64,000 nt of DNA, taken from assembly GCF_006345805.1 (NCBI RefSeq), contig NC_043013.1:53258001-53322000 (forward strand), written 5' to 3'. Both the position numbers and the translations under genes were made by a program. Positions 1 through 12,790 of the stretch are shown piece after piece. Numbering within the stretch: the first letter of the stretch is position 1; each line of letters begins with the position of its first letter. This DNA comes from Octopus sinensis. Taxonomy: Eukaryota. Below the pieces are notes generated by a model that saw nothing but the letters and a program-made list of their open reading frames with translations, did not search any database and was not told the origin of the DNA.

Positions 1-167
1 CATACATAAAGCATACAAACCTAGGCGTACATTGATAATACATAGATACATACATACATGCATGCATAGAGATACATACGTTTATATATACATACATACA
101 TACATACATACATACATACATACACACATACATACATACATAAATGCATACATACATACGTACAAAA
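1..167. repeat. (TACA)n/(CATA)n microsatellite, imperfect
   Basis: Repeated catacataca units are visible directly; source of the spurious HTYI-type ORF 32..217. Confidence 0.9.
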
Positions 168-272
168 AATACTCTGTTGTTGATGTTAAAATTCCAATGA
201 AGGAACCTTGGATTTAGGTTAGAAATCGGTGCTTTCTCATTTGGCAAGAAATCTTGAAATAAACTGAATAAC
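168..272. mobile_element. ~105-bp interspersed repeat abutting a (TACA)n array; second copy at 53048-53152
   Basis: Both loci share TTGTTGATGTTAAAATTCCAATGAAGGA.CCTTGGAT.TAG..TAGAAA...AAATCTTGAAATAAA.TGAATAAC, and both follow a (TACA)n array. Confidence 0.75.
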
Positions 273-321
273 GTACATACAAGCACATGGATCATAAATG
301 TATTTATAAATATATATCATA

Positions 322-712
322 TCTTTATATATAAAATCGAGGTTGTGTGCTGTCTGTCTCCTACGATTTAGATTCCTAAATCCACATTTTGCGGTGCAGT
401 TTAACCCAAACCGAGTATCTTATAGTCGAGATTCATATCGAGCCCTTCTGGGTATTAGCGCGCGTCTACAATGTGTCTACGATTTAAAAAAAAATTACCA
501 TCAATTTTTCCCATTTTTAATGCATTTTTGGCATATATATAAGGGAAGTAACTCTCTAAAAATGTATTAAATCTCAGAACGTAAAAAGCTACAGTAACAA
601 CCCCGCCTTTGTGGTTAGCCATATGGAGATGGCTATTATACTTTACATTTCTAAAAATGCTTATATAGTTATTTCTCTTACAAACCCGAGCAACGCCGGG
701 TGATACTGCTAG
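322..712 (+). mobile_element. Complete non-autonomous Helitron-type element (~390 bp)
   Basis: 5' TC (TCTTTATATATAAAA at 322), subterminal GC hairpin CCCGAGCAACGCCGGG (685-700), 3' CTAG (709-712); inserted between A (321) and T (713) with no TSD. These are the canonical Helitron termini. Confidence 0.75.
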
Positions 713-899
713 TATGATATATATGTGTATATGCATATTATACAAATATGTTATACATTTACAATTTTTAATATATCGCATATACACATACACAGACACA
801 CGTCCGTGGGTTTATACACACATATATAGATATATAATTATCATCCTGATCATCGTCATTGTTGCTTCGGTCAGAGATTCCTTACGAAGTCCCCCCTCC

Positions 900-1125
900 A
901 CAATTCACGATTCTCCGTTGCTCGGAGCAAGTGCTCCTTATTGAAGATTCTACGTCTGAGAGTTGATCGATGAATGTTCGAGCCGTTCTTTTTGTTCTGT
1001 GTGTCCCGTGTGCCTCAGCAATAATAGCTTGTGTCTGATTTCCTCCTAACTTCTGCAGCAATATCGAATTCTCCGCCAGGAAAATTAGTCTACAGAGAAA
1101 TATTGCCAAGACAGATTACATGTCA
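900..1125 (-). mobile_element. Decayed RTE-clade LINE 3' fragment
   Basis: Minus-strand frames give NLSWQ, RRIRYCCRS*EEIRHKLLL and ARTFIDQL, matching RTE C-terminal motifs (RRLRFAGHC.RS.EE..HKLLLW; PARTYIDQL). Confidence 0.5.
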
Positions 1126-1134
1126 CTAAAGGTA

Positions 1135-1530
1135 GAAGATGGACATCTTGTGAAACTGTAGGCGGACTACTAAATCGCATTCATGATATTCTATATTTGT
1201 GCAGCTGGATACGTGCATCAAAAAAGAATATTAACATTGAAATCTCCAATGTCTGGGCTGCTATGAACAAAATAGAAATGATACTGAAGCTTGATCCATC
1301 CATCAAAATCAAAATATCATTCTTTAGAATTTCTGTTGAGCCAGTGTAGTGGTACAGAACAGGTACATGGACCTGACACAAGCACTATGTGTGTATGTGT
1401 GTGTGTGTGTATGTGTGTATGTGTGTGTTTGTATGTGTGTGTGTGTGTTTGTGTGTATGTGTGTGTGTTTGTGTGCGTGTGTGTGCGCGCACTTGAAGAA
1501 ACTGGATTCGACGAGAAGGAGTGCGGTTGG
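1135..1530 (+). mobile_element. Decayed RTE-clade LINE fragment (post-RT region), split by a (TG)n array at ~1388-1487
   Basis: Translation HDILYLC / SWIRASKKNINIEISNVWAAMNKIEMILKLDPSIKIKISFFRISVEPV*WYRTGTWT ... KKLD resembles RTE YLGSWI.SS.KDI..RKA.AWAA.NK...IWKS...IK..FFRA.VESVLLYG.E.WTLTK.LEKKLD. Confidence 0.6.
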
Positions 1531-2149
1531 ACAGTTATTTTTTCATCACTACAATTGTTTCCACACAACGGGGTTCTCCAAACATACAGGTATTTGATTA
1601 TGCAACCATTTGTTTGCAAAATGAGACCCAGCTGAATTTCCGTAGGTGACAGTCAAGTGTTGTCTCCGTTAGTTTAAAATCTTCGACTTCAACACCATCT
1701 CTTCCGTCCGTCTTGGACTGAATTTAGTAACCGCTGGTAGATCCATGTTGTTTGCGTCTGGTGGACTCTTATGAGTGGTATTAGATGGCTGTTTTGGTAT
1801 CGGTTGATCACTGACCGGTTCTTCAAGGTTGGCAGCACATCCGAATTTTACTAGCTGGCCTTCAGTATTCAATGATTGGATGCATACACACATACACACA
1901 CAGAGACTCACATATACCCTCCCACACACAAACAAACATCTGTATGTAAATATTCACACATCGACATGCTCACATATACATGCACATACATTGACGTACA
2001 CACACGTATATACATACATATATACAACCTATCCCAAATGTGGGAATATATTCATGCCCATACACACACAGAAAAGTGAGCGGATGTACCCATTTGACAT
2101 GCGCATACATATAGCGAAGCACGCGCCAATATATACACTCGTACCCAAC

Positions 2150-2183
<34 letters not shown>

Positions 2184-2394
2184 CAATTTAATATAGTGGA
2201 GCATTTTGTATATATATATATATATATTTCCTATTATATACATTATATTACCTTTGTAATTTACTTAATCTTTAATTTTTTATTGTTACTTTAATTTTAA
2301 TTTTCTATGATATGTAATTTTCTAGATGGTGTAATTTAATTATTCATTTTGAATTAATAAAAGGCGGTTTCTTTCCTAATATTTTATGTGTATG

Positions 2395-2425
<31 letters not shown>

Positions 2426-2850
2426 GTATAAATATCAACACAATTATTTCTCCTTCCTTTTTTTCCTCTGCTCCTTTCTTCCCTTCTCCAAACTCACAGA
2501 CACCCACACATACACGCACACGCACACACACACACCTCCACAAAACAATAATAAAAAGAATTCTTCTTCTCTAAACCCAAAAAACCATTTGACCATCCTC
2601 ATTAAACACACACACACACTCTCTTACAATGATAAAAAGAAATATAATTTATGGTCTACCTCCCCGACACCACACACTCAATAACACTATGAAATGGTCA
2701 AAAGTGAAATACTTTTTCCCCAAGATCTTAATCCCCTTGGATTAAGCATGCTCTCCAGCAGAGCAAAAAAAATATTTCTTCTTCCTTGTCCCTTCACCTC
2801 TTTTTCTTCAGCACACACAAAAGCACACACATAAAAGAACACACACACAT

Positions 2851-2908
<58 letters not shown>

Positions 2909-3236
2909 TTTCTCCTCATCCATCATCCTCTTGTACTGTCTTATATTCCTCCCACCACTACAAACTCAATACCACTATAAAATGGTCAAAACTTTTCACA
3001 CAGGAACTTAGTTTGATTTGAAAACCCCACTAGAATGAGAGAAAGCGCTAATACATGATCTAAGTTATATGATGTATAAAAAATGTAATATACAAATAAA
3101 TATCTGTAAATATAAAAACCATCCGATTTTCTGAGTACCTCATTTCTTCTAATATAAAATACCGGTACATCATCTCCAAACCTTCCAATATATACTTACC
3201 TCGAGACTTGCATGCGGACTCTCATACTACTACTCC

Positions 3237-3279
<43 letters not shown>

Positions 3280-4207
3280 ACAAAATTTAGAGGAATAACC
3301 ACTAATAGTGGACAGCCTGTATGCTAGATATAGACGTCAAACTCGCCATTTACAACGAAGAATGTGTTCTAAAAAAAAAAATTCAACAAAAAACAAATTT
3401 TAAAAATAAGACAAATGAAAATATACGAAAAATAAAAAAAACATTACCTACGTACTAATTAGTTTCACTTGTTATTATTTACGTATATGGATACGTAAAC
3501 ATCTGCAAGATCATCAGCATAGTCTATCGTTTAGGAAACACAATTTCTAGAACTAGATACAGGGTGCTCGACCGAAATCCAGCATGTATAATGTTCCACA
3601 AATTATATTTATGAGTATCCTTCAAATGCCTTCACTTTGGCGCGCTGAGATCGGAAATTACTCTGCAGTTAAAAAACTACAGCAGTCAATTTACTGGCTA
3701 GAGAACATTTTTTTTATTTAAAAATTAAATAAGGGTAGAAATGTATATTAATCAATTAAAACCAGTGGCCTAGCATATTATTTTAAAAATCCGAAGATTA
3801 AAAATTTTATACATACAAAATTTATACTCTCGTATTGCATTACTATTTTCATTGAAACTTCTTCACTGTTCTCGTGCTGTTAACGTTTTGGCGTTCAGAC
3901 GAGTGTACTGGCATATATGTGGCAACATTTGAAATATATTGTCGAGGTATATGCAGCTGATGAAGATAAATCAAATATACGTTGGAAAACGTATTTTGAA
4001 GAATCTGAAACCGGTACTGCATTATCCGTTTCTAGGTTTTTCATTTTTCAGATGTTCTTCCTAGAGGTAAGACAATTTTTTTCATGTTTGTTGCACACAC
4101 GCATCTTTACTAGTACATACGCAGTGAAGCTATACATTAGCGTCGTATTTATTACGTTCGCTATTTTCCCGTAAATATCGGTGCTTCGTTGTGCCATTTA
4201 TTTACTT

Positions 4208-4250
<43 letters not shown>

Positions 4251-4256
<6 letters not shown>

Positions 4257-4972
4257 CCTCGAGCCTCCAACTATACCTGTCGTTTTCCATTATGTCTTGT
4301 CTTATTCTGTCTTCGTTTATCGTTTATTTTTCCCCACAATCTTCTATATTCGTTCACATATTCTCAACTGCTTGTTGCTGTTCACGCCACCAAAACTGAA
4401 CAATCTTATCGCCAAAGGTGCGAACTTGTTATGACTTTTGGACGATAATCGATGAGGGATGAAGCCTACGTCTTGTGTATAATTTTTCGTGTGTTCTTTT
4501 GTGGTCCACTTGTGCAATTTTTGAACACACACACATACACACACATATATGCGTGTATATACATATATATTTACATACATTCATATACACACACATACAT
4601 ACAGATGCGCACTCGTAATAACGCTCATAAAAACGAGCGTGGGTGCACAACTGTATTTAATGAGGATTCATTGAATGGTTTAATGAATAAATACACGTAT
4701 GAGATACGTGTATATACTTAAGGACGGAATTGCAAATATTTCCTCTCTCATATACATCCACAAATATACACGGCAATTTATACATACACCCACATATATC
4801 TGCGTGTGCGTATGTGTGTGTTTGTTCATCCACACACATTGACGAAGCAGATTATCTTTTACAGTAAACTGCTCTCAGTCCCCCCCACCCCGATGATATT
4901 AGCCAGGCTCATCTGCATACATTAGTTTATACATTTATGGATTGGTGTCTTTGTTCTCTCCCCGTTCTCCTC

Positions 4973-5014
<42 letters not shown>

Positions 5015-5233
5015 TCATACATCTGTAATTGGTTTTGGAAAAACATAATACTAAATTCTCATTCTTCAATATCTCGTCACATCGAAATCTATTACGCAAA
5101 ACTTCGCAGCGAAATATCTGATGAAAATTCTGGCAATTCTAGTCTTCTCTTTGTTAGATTAGTTTGCACACACACACAAACATAACGGATATATATATAT
5201 ATAAATAATGTTTAGTATACATGCATATATGTA

Positions 5234-5272
<39 letters not shown>

Positions 5273-5988
5273 CCTCGAGCCTCCAACTATACCTGTCGTT
5301 TTCCATTATGTCTTGTCTTATTCTGTCTTCGTTTATCGTTTATTTTTCCCCACAATCTTCTATATTCGTTCACATATTCTCAACTGCTTGTTGCTGTTCA
5401 CGCCACCAAAACTGAACAATCTTATCGCCAAAGGTGCGAACTTGTTATGACTTTTGGACGATAATCGATGAGGGATGAAGCCTACGTCTTGTGTATAATT
5501 TTTCGTGTGTTCTTTTGTGGTCCACTTGTGCAATTTTTGAACACACACACATACACACACATATATGCGTGTATATACATATATATTTACATACATTCAT
5601 ATACACACACATACATACAGATGCGCACTCGTAATAACGCTCATAAAAACGAGCGTGGGTGCACAACTGTATTTAATGAGGATTCATTGAATGGTTTAAT
5701 GAATAAATACACGTATGAGATACGTGTATATACTTAAGGACGGAATTGCAAATATTTCCTCTCTCATATACATCCACAAATATACACGGCAATTTATACA
5801 TACACCCACATATATCTGCGTGTGCGTATGTGTGTGTTTGTTCATCCACACACATTGACGAAGCAGATTATCTTTTACAGTAAACTGCTCTCAGTCCCCC
5901 CCACCCCGATGATATTAGCCAGGCTCATCTGCATACATTAGTTTATACATTTATGGATTGGTGTCTTTGTTCTCTCCCCGTTCTCCTC

Positions 5989-6029
<41 letters not shown>

Positions 6030-6794
6030 TCATACATCTGTAATTGGTTTTGGAAAAACATAATACTAAATTCTCATTCTTCAATATCTCGTCACATCGA
6101 AATCTATTACGCAAAACTTCGCAGCGAAATATCTGATGAAAATTCTGGCAATTCTAGTCTTCTCTTTGTTAGATTAGTTTGCACACACACACAAACATAA
6201 CGGATATATATATATATAAATAATGTTTAGTATACATGCATATATGTATATATATATATATATTATATATATATATATATAATGTTTACTATACATATAT
6301 ATGTATGTATATATATAATGTTTAATACCGTTATTGCACGCCTTATTGAAAGGTGAGAATCAAAAATGTATTCAAAGCTGTTTGAAAGATTATGTTATCT
6401 CCCCTGTTCCCGCCGCCTCTCTCAATGATAGCAACAACAACAACAATAACAACACCCATTATAGATATAGCTATGTTTATCAGGTTTAGTGATAAGCATC
6501 AATAGAATCCACTGAGTGAGTGTTTATATTATTTTAATATTGATTTGATATTTGAATATATACCTTGCTTATTTCATTATCAACAAGGAATAAATGTTAC
6601 TTTTTACTTTATTTGCGTTGCTTTTTCTCTCCTTTGTTTTGTTTTTCATTTTAATTCTCCGTTATTTACACATCTCCAATCTTTGCATAATACTTCATGC
6701 ATACATACATACATATATACATACACACACACACACATATATACGTGTGTGTATGAATGTATGTATCTCTCTCTCTCTCTCTCTGTATATATAT

Positions 6795-6826
<32 letters not shown>

Positions 6827-7545
6827 ATTACCTCGAGCCTCCAACTATACCTGTCGTTTTCCATTATGTCTTGTCTTATTCTGTCTTCGTTTATCGTTTA
6901 TTTTTCCCCACAATCTTCTATATTCGTTCACATATTCTCAACTGCTTGTTGCTGTTCACGCCACCAAAACTGAACAATCTTATCGCCAAAGGTGCGAACT
7001 TGTTATGACTTTTGGACGATAATCGATGAGGGATGAAGCCTACGTCTTGTGTATAATTTTTCGTGTGTTCTTTTGTGGTCCCTTGTGCAATTTTTGAACA
7101 CACACACATACACACACATATATGCGTGTATATACATATATATTTACATACATTCATATACACACACATACATACAGATGCGCACTCGTAATAACGCTCA
7201 TAAAAACGAGCGTGGGTGCACAACTGTATTTAATGAGGATTCATTGAATGGTTTAATGAATAAATACACGTATGAGATACGTGTATATACTTAAGGACGG
7301 AATTGCAAATATTTCCTCTCTCATATACATCCACAAATATACACGGCAATTTATACATACACCCACATATATCTGCGTGTGCGTATGTGTGTGTTTGTTC
7401 ATCCACACACATTGACGAAGCAGATTATCTTTTACAGTAAACTGCTCTCAGTCCCCCCCACCCCGATGATATTAGCCAGGCTCATCTGCATACATTAGTT
7501 TATACATTTATGGATTGGTGTCTTTGTTCTCTCCCCGTTCTCCTC

Positions 7546-7583
<38 letters not shown>

Positions 7584-7802
7584 TCATACATCTGTAATTG
7601 GTTTTGGAAAAACATAATACTAATTCTCATTCTTCAATATCTCGTCACATCGAAATCTATTACGCAAAACTTCGCAAACTTCGCAGCGAAATATCTGATG
7701 AAAATTCTGGCAATTCTAGTCTTCTCTTTGTTAGATTAGTTTGCACACACACACAAACATAACGGATATATATATATATAAATAATGTTTAGTATACATG
7801 CA

Positions 7803-7840
<38 letters not shown>

Positions 7841-8345
7841 GTTTACTATACATATATATGTATGTATATATATAATGTTTAATACCGTTATTGCACGCCT
7901 TATTGAAAGGTGAGAATCAAAAATGTATTCAAAGCTGTTTGAAAGATTATGTTATCTCCCCTGTTCCCGCCGCCTCTCTCAATGATAGCAACAACAACAA
8001 CAATAACAACACCCATTATAGATATAGCTATGTTTATCAGGTTTAGTGATAAGCATCAATAGAATCCACTGAGTGAGTGTTTATATTATTTTAATATTGA
8101 TTTGATATTTGAATATATACCTTGCTTATTTCATTATCAACAAGGAATAAATGTTACTTTTTACTTTATTTGCGTTGCTTTTTCTCTCCCTTTGTTTTGT
8201 TTTTCATTTTAATTCTCCGTTATTTACACATCTCCAATCTTTGCATAATACTTCATGCATACATACATACATACATATATACATACACACACACACATAT
8301 ATACGTGTGTGTATGAATGTATGTATCTCTCTCTCTCTCTCTCTG

Positions 8346-8350
<5 letters not shown>
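4251..8350. repeat. Near-identical tandem duplication with A-A-B-A-B structure (A ~1016 bp, B ~545 bp)
   Basis: TAATTACCTCGAGCC starts at 4251, 5267 and 6825; block B (AATGTTTACTATAC...) starts at ~6281 and ~7838. The ORF track repeats with 1016 and 1558 bp offsets, and junctions fall in (TA)n. Confidence 0.95.
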
Positions 8351-8378
<28 letters not shown>

Positions 8379-8446
8379 ATGTATATATGCACGCGAAATA
8401 CATATGTACGTTGGATATTGTTTCGAGTTTGAAAATTACTTATAGG

Positions 8447-8485
<39 letters not shown>

Positions 8486-9413
8486 ACATATATATATCTA
8501 TATCTACATAATACATGCATACATGTATATTATATACATACATGAATAAATATAAATACGTATGTATATGTATATGTATGTATTGTGTGCGTGCGTGTGT
8601 GTGTTTGTATGCGTGTATGTAGGTACATGTGTATATTTATAGTGGAGAGCAGAAACGGGGATGCAGCGGGTGTAGAAAGTGAGAAGAGAGATAATCGCTG
8701 CAAATTCATGAGCATAACACACACACACACACACACACACATACACACGTACGCACAAACATACGCACACACACACACACACACACATACAAACACATAC
8801 ACACAGTACACACAGACACACACACACAAACACGCATGTATGTATATAGAATAAATATACACACCACCCACATACTCAGATGAATACTATCACACCTCTA
8901 CGCATCCAATAAAGAACACGTTCGCACTACCACATGCATACCTGCGTTCATGATATATCAATGTATATAATGTATATAAATGTATCAGTCACCCCCGTTT
9001 CTTTCCCATTATATACCCCACCCCACCCCACTACAATTCCTGATGTCACCCCCGCCCAATAGTATAAATTCATTTAAAACTTGAAACCTGTTCCCAATTT
9101 CCATTATTTCCATTGTTAATATAATTCCACGGAGTGATATATAAATTTTTATCCGTGTATATATTTCGGTAAAAATATTTAGTTTTTTATCTTTTTTTAG
9201 ATTTTTTTTTGTCTTTTTGTTCATTTTTTTTCTTACACACCTAAATTTGATAACGAATAATACTAAAAAAACATATTATATTGAAAATTCCTCAATTGAA
9301 TTCATGGAACCAAATATCTTCAAACAGATTAAAATTCCCAAATCAAAATATGAACAAGCGCACATTCCTTTCATATTGTTTTCTATACAGGCATATAGGA
9401 TCTTTTAACTTTC

Positions 9414-9415
<2 letters not shown>

Positions 9416-9483
<68 letters not shown>
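9416..9483. repeat. (TAA)n microsatellite
   Basis: Perfect taataataa run. Confidence 0.95.
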
Positions 9484-9485
<2 letters not shown>

Positions 9486-9599
9486 GTTTTTTTGGGGTTA
9501 TAGAAATTAAAATTTCCGATCTAAATGCATTTCATAATTTAGTTCCGTCTCTGAATATGCCAGGTTCCAATCTCATTAGAACCAGTTTTCAGTTTAATT

Positions 9600-9744
9600 A
9601 GTTGGGGACAATGATATAATTATTACTGTTAATATTAGGCTTGGTCTTACTACAGTAGGGAAATTTGTGAGTTTTTAGAAGCTGGCATTTAAAAAAGTAA
9701 CTCAGGTTTGTGCTCCTCTGTGAATGAGAACAACACACACACAC

Positions 9745-9783
<39 letters not shown>

Positions 9784-10640
9784 ACACACACACACACACA
9801 CCTACCTACTTTCATATATATATTATATAGACTTCTGTATCCTATGCATAGTTAGCAAGGGTAACTACTTGAGCAGCTGAGGGCATATCAGAGAGGACCA
9901 CTATGAATAGCAGTGGCCCCAGGGGTGTGCCATCTAGAACACCACTCATTATTTGTGTTTTCTTGGAGGTGGCACTATTGACCACCCCTACCTGATTTCA
10001 ATCTTTTAGAAAGTCATGTAGCCATTCTCCAAGTTTTCCAAATATGCCAAGATTTCGGAGTTTGTGACAAATGGTCGACTTTTACAAAGGCTTTTGCAAA
10101 GTTGAATGATATCGGGTCCCCATTTGAGTTGGTGAGTAGCTACTTTAGCACCCAGTCGTAATGTTGCAAGTGTTGTGTCAGGCAGAATCTATCTGGTGGA
10201 AAACCATGTTGGGTGTCAGTCAGAAAGTCATTTTCTTCAAGGAATACAACCAACTCTCTTCCGACTATTCGTTCCATGACTCTGCTGATGTGTGCGATCA
10301 GAGAGATAGGCCTGTAGTTTTTAGCATCTGCTCTGCTTTCTCCTTTAATTTGTCCGGGAGCTTAACATTTCCTCCATTAATTTGTCCGGGAACTTACCAT
10401 TTCCTCCTTTAGTTTGTCCGGGAGCTTACCATTTGCGAGGAAGTTCTGAAAAAGTAGCTGCAATGTTTTTGCAAGGACTCATTTCTATGACTGAATCGAT
10501 CAGGGCCAGCAGCTGAGTTTGGATCTATAATATATATTGCTAACATTACATCCGTTTCTTCGATGTTGATGTAATCAATTCTTACTGCCCCTCGTTCAGC
10601 TTCTGTAGCAGTAAAGAATTCTACAGGTTTCAGCATATAA
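9600..10640 (-). mobile_element. Decayed CR1/L2-group LINE reverse transcriptase fragment
   Basis: Minus-strand motifs IDPNSAAGPD (cf. SAAGPDG), SGVLDGTPLGPLLFIV (cf. SGVPQGTVLGPLLF) and YA*DTEV (YADD, ~9830-9850); many stops and frameshifts. Confidence 0.75.
10341..10434. repeat. Three tandem copies of a 32-bp unit inside the CR1 fragment
   Basis: TCC(T/A)TTA(A/G)TTTGTCCGGGA(G/A)CTTA(A/C)CATTTCC begins at 10341, 10373 and 10405. Confidence 0.9.
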
Positions 10641-10827
10641 ACCTCTGCTCTACAATCCGTAATATTTCAGTTTATAGATGAAGCAAAAATCACACACTCT
10701 GGCTTATGTCAAGCACAAGATAACTAAATATAAGTTTAGGGAAAACTAAAAATATATGTTCTATAATTTATCGGATTTAAGTATTACAACGAGCAAAAAT
10801 ACAAATAGCTTTCCTTAGGCGAATATA

Positions 10828-12108
10828 CGAGGGACGTTCAATAAGTAATGCCTCTGACCCACTTGCAGTTGTTTGATCTAGCTGAAATTTTGCATGTGGA
10901 ATTACTTATATCTCTATAGATTAGGTGGAAAATGAGCTAATTGTGGTTTCTGATTTACTGGTGTTTGAACTGAGTCAAGTGTGAAATGGAGCCTGTTGAG
11001 TGTCGAGCAGTGATCCGGTTTTTGTATTTGAAAGGACGCACACCACAGGGGACTTTTGATGAAATGAAAGTAACTTATAGAGATGATGCCCCATCATATG
11101 GCCTTGTAAAACGCTGGGATCGTGAATTCAAACAAGGTCGGAACTCTGTGGAAACAGCTCCCAGATCTGGTCACCCCCTTTCTGCCATTGATGAGGCATC
11201 TGTCCGTCAAGTTGAGGCTGCCATTTTGGAAGATCGATGCATAATTATTCGCCAAATAGCCCATGAGGTCAAGATTAGTACCGGGTCTGTGGAAACTATC
11301 ATTCATGTCCATTTGCATATGCAAAAGGTGTCTGCCAGATGGATTCCCACGTTGCTCACACCTTTCCAGAAGCAAGAACGCGTCAAGTGCTCGAGGATGA
11401 ATTTGGAGATATGCCAAGAAGATGAGTCAAAAGTTTTCAAAAGACTGATTACACAGGATGAAACCTGGGTCCATCACTATGATTCAGAGACCAAAGCCCA
11501 GTCAATGCAGTGGAAGCACCGTGACTCACCTCCTCCAAAGAAGGCAAGGGTGCAGCCCGCCGCTGGCAAGGTCATGCTCACAGTCTTCTGGGACCAGGAC
11601 GGAATAGTGATGACAGATTTCCTGGCAAAGGGTACCTCAATTACAGGAGCCTATTATGCTTCACTTTTGAGGAAATTAAGAGAAGCTATCAAAATCAAGA
11701 GGTGGGGTAAGATCAGCAAAGGCATCCTCTTCCTGCAGGACAACGCTCCAGTCCACAACTCGCGTGTCGCCAGATCAGAAGCACAGGCGTACGGCTATGA
11801 ACTCCTCCCCATCCCCCCATCTCTCCTGACCTTGCACCCTCTGATTTTCACCTTCCCAGCCATGAAGTTGTTTTTGAAAGGAAAGCATTTCACAGATGAT
11901 GCAGCCTTGATTTCTAAAGTCACGTCGTGGTTGGAGGACCAAGCTGGGGTCTTCTACAAAAACGGTCTCCAGCGCTGCATCAAACGATGGGAGAAATACG
12001 TAACTATGGGTGGTTCTTATGTAGAAAAAGACTAATAACTGTGCCAAGTTTCGTTGCTCTACTGCTATGGGAAGTGGGTCAGGGGCATTACTTATTGAAC
12101 GGCCCTCG
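10828..12108 (+). mobile_element. Full-length mariner (DD34D-type) DNA transposon, 1281 bp
   Basis: 37-bp TIRs CGAGGGACGTTCAATAAGTAATGCCTCTGACCCACTT (10828-10864) and its near reverse complement (12072-12108; 2 mismatches); TA TSD at 10826-27 and 12109-10; internal transposase ORF. Confidence 0.95.
10986..12035 (+). CDS. Mariner transposase (349 aa ORF); third catalytic Asp motif displaced by compensating frameshifts
   Basis: HTH N-terminus, WIPTLLT (WVPHEL-like linker), TQDETW (first D) and LQDNAPVH (second D). HPPISPDLAPSDFHL (the YSPDLAPSD motif) lies in a shifted frame at ~11810-11853. Confidence 0.85.
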   Translation: MEPVECRAVIRFLYLKGRTPQGTFDEMKVTYRDDAPSYGLVKRWDREFKQGRNSVETAPRSGHPLSAIDEASVRQVEAAILEDRCIIIRQIAHEVKISTGSVETIIHVHLHMQKVSARWIPTLLTPFQKQERVKCSRMNLEICQEDESKVFKRLITQDETWVHHYDSETKAQSMQWKHRDSPPPKKARVQPAAGKVMLTVFWDQDGIVMTDFLAKGTSITGAYYASLLRKLREAIKIKRWGKISKGILFLQDNAPVHNSRVARSEAQAYGYELLPIPPSLLTLHPLIFTFPAMKLFLKGKHFTDDAALISKVTSWLEDQAGVFYKNGLQRCIKRWEKYVTMGGSYVEKD

Positions 12109-12182
12109 TAATGTGACGTTGTCAATATCAATTCAAGTTTATTACCCATTCTGAAAATTTTAGTTTGCTGGTTCCATGCTAA

Positions 12183-12790
12183 AAATTTCCTTGTAGACAA
12201 CGTTTCGGGTTTTAACAGTAGCGGCGAAAATGAAAGATTGTTTTTGTTCCCCATTCTGGAACACCAACATATAACTGACTGCGTGACAAACAGACCTCCT
12301 ATAATTGCAAACGAGTAACTTTCAAAGTGTGATCTTGGGACTTATTAATGGACATCGCAAAATACAGACGTAATGGAAATTGAAGTCGTTCGAATTCGAA
12401 CGGTATTAGAGGTAAGCGAGGAATAAAAATATCTCCGCTTTTTCCACAGACAGAAATTCTCATGGACTCTATGATATTTCTCGTTAATTTCTTCACGAGT
12501 CTTGTGACGTTGCACGGCTTTGGTTGAGAAACGTTGGGCAGAAGCATGATCGGAGCACCTGTTTTCAATGGAAGGCAATGAGGAGGAGCTCCTGGTGGCT
12601 CCAGGGAGTTTAAGAACTGAACCGATGACAATTTCCGAGTCATCAGCAACAGAGTTTATAGATTTCTAAGGATGTTCATTGAATTATTCACAGTAATGTT
12701 CTTTGGCGCCATGATTGCTCTTTCGCACAACCACTGTCAACTGCATACTATATTCGCCAAAAAAACAGCCATTTCTATTTTTGTTTGATG
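12183..12790 (-). mobile_element. Helitron Rep/Hel PIF1-type helicase C-terminal fragment (decayed)
   Basis: [62 protein letters not shown] and KTRNVVYKEIF match Helitron helicase motifs. Confidence 0.85.

Noticed and set aside
2400-3010. G-poor stretch with a loosely repeated CACTCAATA.CACTAT.AAATGGTCAAAA motif (~2675 and ~2962)
   Set aside because: Low complexity and looks like poorly polished or decayed duplicated sequence; no coherent structure could be supported.
10341-10434. 32-bp direct repeats resembling a CRISPR array
   Set aside because: The copies are contiguous with no spacers, lie inside a CR1 RT remnant, and the context is eukaryotic with no cas genes.
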